Assembly (NCBI RefSeq): GCF_045037415.1
Contig: NZ_CP173438.1
Source: Escherichia coli
Lineage (GTDB): Bacteria > Pseudomonadota > Gammaproteobacteria > Enterobacterales > Enterobacteriaceae
Length of the DNA: 64,000 nt
Reading direction: 5' to 3' (one strand)
The notes below the pieces were generated by a model. The model was not told where the DNA came from. It did no database searches and saw nothing but the letters and a program-made list of their open reading frames with translations. Below are positions 61,299-64,000 of the stretch, in pieces. Each line of letters opens with the position of its first letter. The first letter of the stretch is position 1. The position numbers and the translations under genes were made by a program.

Positions 61299-62852
61299 TT
61301 ATTTGATATCCTTCACGCGCATACCGTTGAGCTGTTCATCCGTAATGGTGTTGCCCGCTTTGAAGTAATCAACCACCGCGTGATAAACGTAATAACCGCC
61401 CGTTGTGTTACGCGCTTTCCCTTCGGTAAAGGCGGTAAAACCATCTCCACCATCAGCAAGGAAACTCTGAGTAGCAATGTGATAAACCGTCGCATCTTCA
61501 ATGGGTTTGCCATTCAAAGTCAGTGTGATTACCCGCTGACCAACCGGCCTGTTGCTGTCGTACTTCATTTCCAGGCCTTTCGATACCTGTAAAACGCCAT
61601 TGCTTAAACTTGCGCCGTGTTCCATCAGACTGCGTAATTGTTTACCCATGAGTTCCATCGTCACCAGTTCGTTGGGGAACGGAAACGTACTGATGACGCC
61701 GCCCATCGTGATCGCCCCTGCGGGGATCTCATTGCGGATACCACCAGAGTTTGTTAACGCCAGTTGGGTGTTTTTACCCGCCGCTACCAATAAAGCGTCA
61801 GCCGCCAGGTTCCCGAGGGAAGCCGATTCACCATAGGCACGTTTTAATTCAACCGGCGATTGCGCCACCGTTTGTTGCACCACTTCATCAAGCTTTTTAT
61901 TCCAGCCGTCGATCACCTGTTTCGTTTGCGGATCGGGCTTCCACTCGTCAGCGTAAATGGTTTTAAGCTCGAAGTTTTTCACCGTAAAATTATGCGGCTT
62001 CTCTTTGTAGTCGAGAACCAGTTTGCCCACATCAATCCCGCCGCTGTCAGTGGAGAGGATGAGCGTATTGCCGACTTTAATCGGTTCCGGCGTACCCACA
62101 TGTGCATGTCCGGTGATCAAAATATCCAGCCCTTTCACCTGACTTGCCGTCTGAATATCTTTATCCAACGCGCGACGCACATCTGTGCCTCCCATACTGG
62201 ACTGGCGGGCTGGAACACCTTCGTGGATCAGGGCGACGGTCAAATCAACCTTGCCTTTGAGTTCATCGATATAACGTTGTAGCCATTTAATTTCATCGCG
62301 CGCTTCAATACCCACGCGCGTGGCAGCAGATACCGTATCATTAAAGGCAAATACTCCGTGCAAACCAATAACGCCTATTTTCACACCGTCTTTTTCGATG
62401 ATGGTATAGGGCTTATCCCAGAATGATTTACTGCTGTTCTGATAAAAAATATTGCCCTGCACAATAGGGAATTTTGCCTGGCTCAACTGTAATAATGTGT
62501 TGTCCCAGCCGTGGTCAAATTCATGGTTGCCTATTGTGACGGCATCAAACGGCATAGTATTCATAATATCGATAATAGCCTTACCTTTGGTCAGGCTGCT
62601 GATATATGGCCCGGTAAAATAGTCGCCCGCATCAAAAAACCATGTCGCTTTATTTTTTGCTTTTTCTTGCTTAACCAGCGTAGTGATATTTGCCCAGCCG
62701 CCAATATCCCGTTTACCGTCAGCGATCCACGGCACTTTATAAGGCTCGACATGTGCATGGAGGTCGTTGGTATAAATGATGGTGACATCTTTAGCGCAAG
62801 CCCAGAATGGCAGTGTTAATGCGATACCCGCAGCAAGTATTTTAATTTTCAT
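61299..62852 (-). CDS. Secreted bifunctional metallophosphatase / 5'-nucleotidase-family protein
   Basis: 517 aa; N-terminal signal peptide [20 protein letters not shown]; calcineurin-like motifs DLHAH, GDYF, GNHEFD, GHAH; C-terminal 5'-nucleotidase-type domain; not at this locus in K-12 as I recall it. Confidence 0.8.
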   Translation of the reverse strand: MKIKILAAGIALTLPFWACAKDVTIIYTNDLHAHVEPYKVPWIADGKRDIGGWANITTLVKQEKAKNKATWFFDAGDYFTGPYISSLTKGKAIIDIMNTMPFDAVTIGNHEFDHGWDNTLLQLSQAKFPIVQGNIFYQNSSKSFWDKPYTIIEKDGVKIGVIGLHGVFAFNDTVSAATRVGIEARDEIKWLQRYIDELKGKVDLTVALIHEGVPARQSSMGGTDVRRALDKDIQTASQVKGLDILITGHAHVGTPEPIKVGNTLILSTDSGGIDVGKLVLDYKEKPHNFTVKNFELKTIYADEWKPDPQTKQVIDGWNKKLDEVVQQTVAQSPVELKRAYGESASLGNLAADALLVAAGKNTQLALTNSGGIRNEIPAGAITMGGVISTFPFPNELVTMELMGKQLRSLMEHGASLSNGVLQVSKGLEMKYDSNRPVGQRVITLTLNGKPIEDATVYHIATQSFLADGGDGFTAFTEGKARNTTGGYYVYHAVVDYFKAGNTITDEQLNGMRVKDIK

Positions 62853-62984
62853 AAACAGTCCCTTTCAGTGAGATAAAGGATTGCTACATTACGTTCTGAA
62901 AGACTTATTTATGTGAGAGTAATCACATCCGCAGGGGATAGTTGCCGGACAAAATCAACGACCTTGTGAAATCGTTGGTGATAT

Positions 62985-64000
62985 ATGTCGACTCTGTTTA
63001 CGATTAATGCCTGTAAGTCGTTTGGTTGCCGTAATTTAGGGCAGCCAACATCGACAGATTATAGCTGGCCCGACTATCGACTGGGTTATCCGGCACTGCA
63101 CTGTCGGGCATGTGGCAGTTACCCGCCGTTGTTTGACGAGCAACAATTTCGTGACTGGTTGACAGTTCACTTATCTACTTTTGCAACAGAGAAAGGCCAT
63201 TTTTGCCCGGTATGTTATGGCACAGAGACGATTTGTTATGGTCACAATCCACAGGGTTCGCAACGCATTCAATGCCGTAACTGCAAAAAAGTATGGACAC
63301 CCAAACAATATCAGAAAGAAATAACGACTCCCGAAATAATCGAAACGGTTGCTTTGCTCGTGCCATTTCAGGGAGTCAGCAGCGGGCAGAAACTGTATGT
63401 TTTAATCAGTTTTGATGCTCTTCGCGGTAATATTCTTCATCTTTCTACTAATTACACGCAGCATCAGGCTGGAGAAAGTCTGCATTATCGATACAGAGGA
63501 AATGCAGAACCAGAGTTACACGACAATAATATTGTACAACGCGTTGATATGCGCGAAGCACAATTTCTACGCCGCAGTCAGTTTGATGAAATTCAGTATG
63601 GCAGCGCAGCGCTCAAGCGCAATGCCAAAGGCGCTATTCTGCGTCCGGTTATCACTGCACACGGGCATTTCAGAGTACTGAATATTTTATTCCCTACAGT
63701 AAAAACACATGTAATTTCACACGAGTGTTTTTTAAGAGGTGCCATTATTACGGCCTGGGCTGATCTGTTTCGCCAACAGCAAGGTGAAATTTGGTTTATT
63801 GAAGAGGAAATAGCTGACGATACCGATAATATGCCCTGGCGTTTTCAGGGAAAAACTTATCACGGCTGGTGGAAAAATCAGTGGCAACTCTGGGTTCAGG
63901 GAAAAAATCGTAAAATGGTATGTGCATTAACGGGCGGAAAGAGTAGCAAAGCAGAAATGCTCTCTTTAGCAACCAGCAGACATTTTATCGACTGGCTACA
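62985..64000 (+). CDS. Cys-rich zinc-ribbon protein, 3'-truncated by window end (at least 338 codons); function unknown, possibly transposase-like
   Basis: ATG at 62985 preceded by in-frame TGA; frame stays open to position 64000; two CxxC...CxxC clusters (CKSFGC..HCRACG and FCPVCYG..QRIQCRNCKKVW); absent from the ORF track because no stop lies inside the window. Confidence 0.6.
   Translation, partial: MSTLFTINACKSFGCRNLGQPTSTDYSWPDYRLGYPALHCRACGSYPPLFDEQQFRDWLTVHLSTFATEKGHFCPVCYGTETICYGHNPQGSQRIQCRNCKKVWTPKQYQKEITTPEIIETVALLVPFQGVSSGQKLYVLISFDALRGNILHLSTNYTQHQAGESLHYRYRGNAEPELHDNNIVQRVDMREAQFLRRSQFDEIQYGSAALKRNAKGAILRPVITAHGHFRVLNILFPTVKTHVISHECFLRGAIITAWADLFRQQQGEIWFIEEEIADDTDNMPWRFQGKTYHGWWKNQWQLWVQGKNRKMVCALTGGKSSKAEMLSLATSRHFIDWL

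Noticed and set aside
63412-63681. 89-aa plus-strand ORF and 63-aa minus-strand ORF (63175..63366) listed in the track near the window end
   Set aside because: Both fall inside the much longer open frame beginning at 62985 and are in different frames or on the opposite strand; the long frame is the better gene model.

Overview
This 64 kb window is enterobacterial (Escherichia coli-type) core chromosome, presented in reverse-complement orientation relative to the usual K-12 map. It runs thiG'-thiH, rpoC-rpoB, rplL-rplJ-rplA-rplK, nusG-secE, tufB with the thrT-glyT-tyrU-thrU tRNA cluster, coaA, birA-murB, one complete rRNA operon (5S, 23S, tRNA-Ala, tRNA-Ile, 16S), murI-btuB (with the cobalamin riboswitch leader), trmA, yijD-fabR, sthA, oxyR/oxyS, argHBC/argE, ppc, eptC, yijO, the frw/pflDC cluster, ptsA-fsaB-gldA, yijF, yijE, katG and metF. 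Gene calls rest on ORF length, motifs readable in the translations, and synteny recalled from E. coli K-12; no database search or alignment was run. Most of the window is ordinary, highly conserved core genome. Four places depart from the K-12 arrangement as I recall it: (1) a two-gene module (M20-type amidohydrolase plus MFS transporter) between fabR and sthA; (2) the segment upstream of metF, where K-12 has metL, instead carries a secreted 5'-nucleotidase-family gene and a divergent Cys-rich zinc-ribbon ORF that runs off the window end and is missing from the supplied ORF track; (3) the rRNA operon at the murI-murB locus has an Ile/Ala spacer and a single terminator rather than the Glu spacer and T1-T2 tandem of K-12 rrnB; (4) the rpoC-thiH gap is only 241 bp, with no room for yjaZ/htrC. 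The most likely place for anything novel is the low-GC segment at 61.3-64.0 kb, which is truncated by the window edge. No CRISPR array, integrase or obvious prophage was seen.
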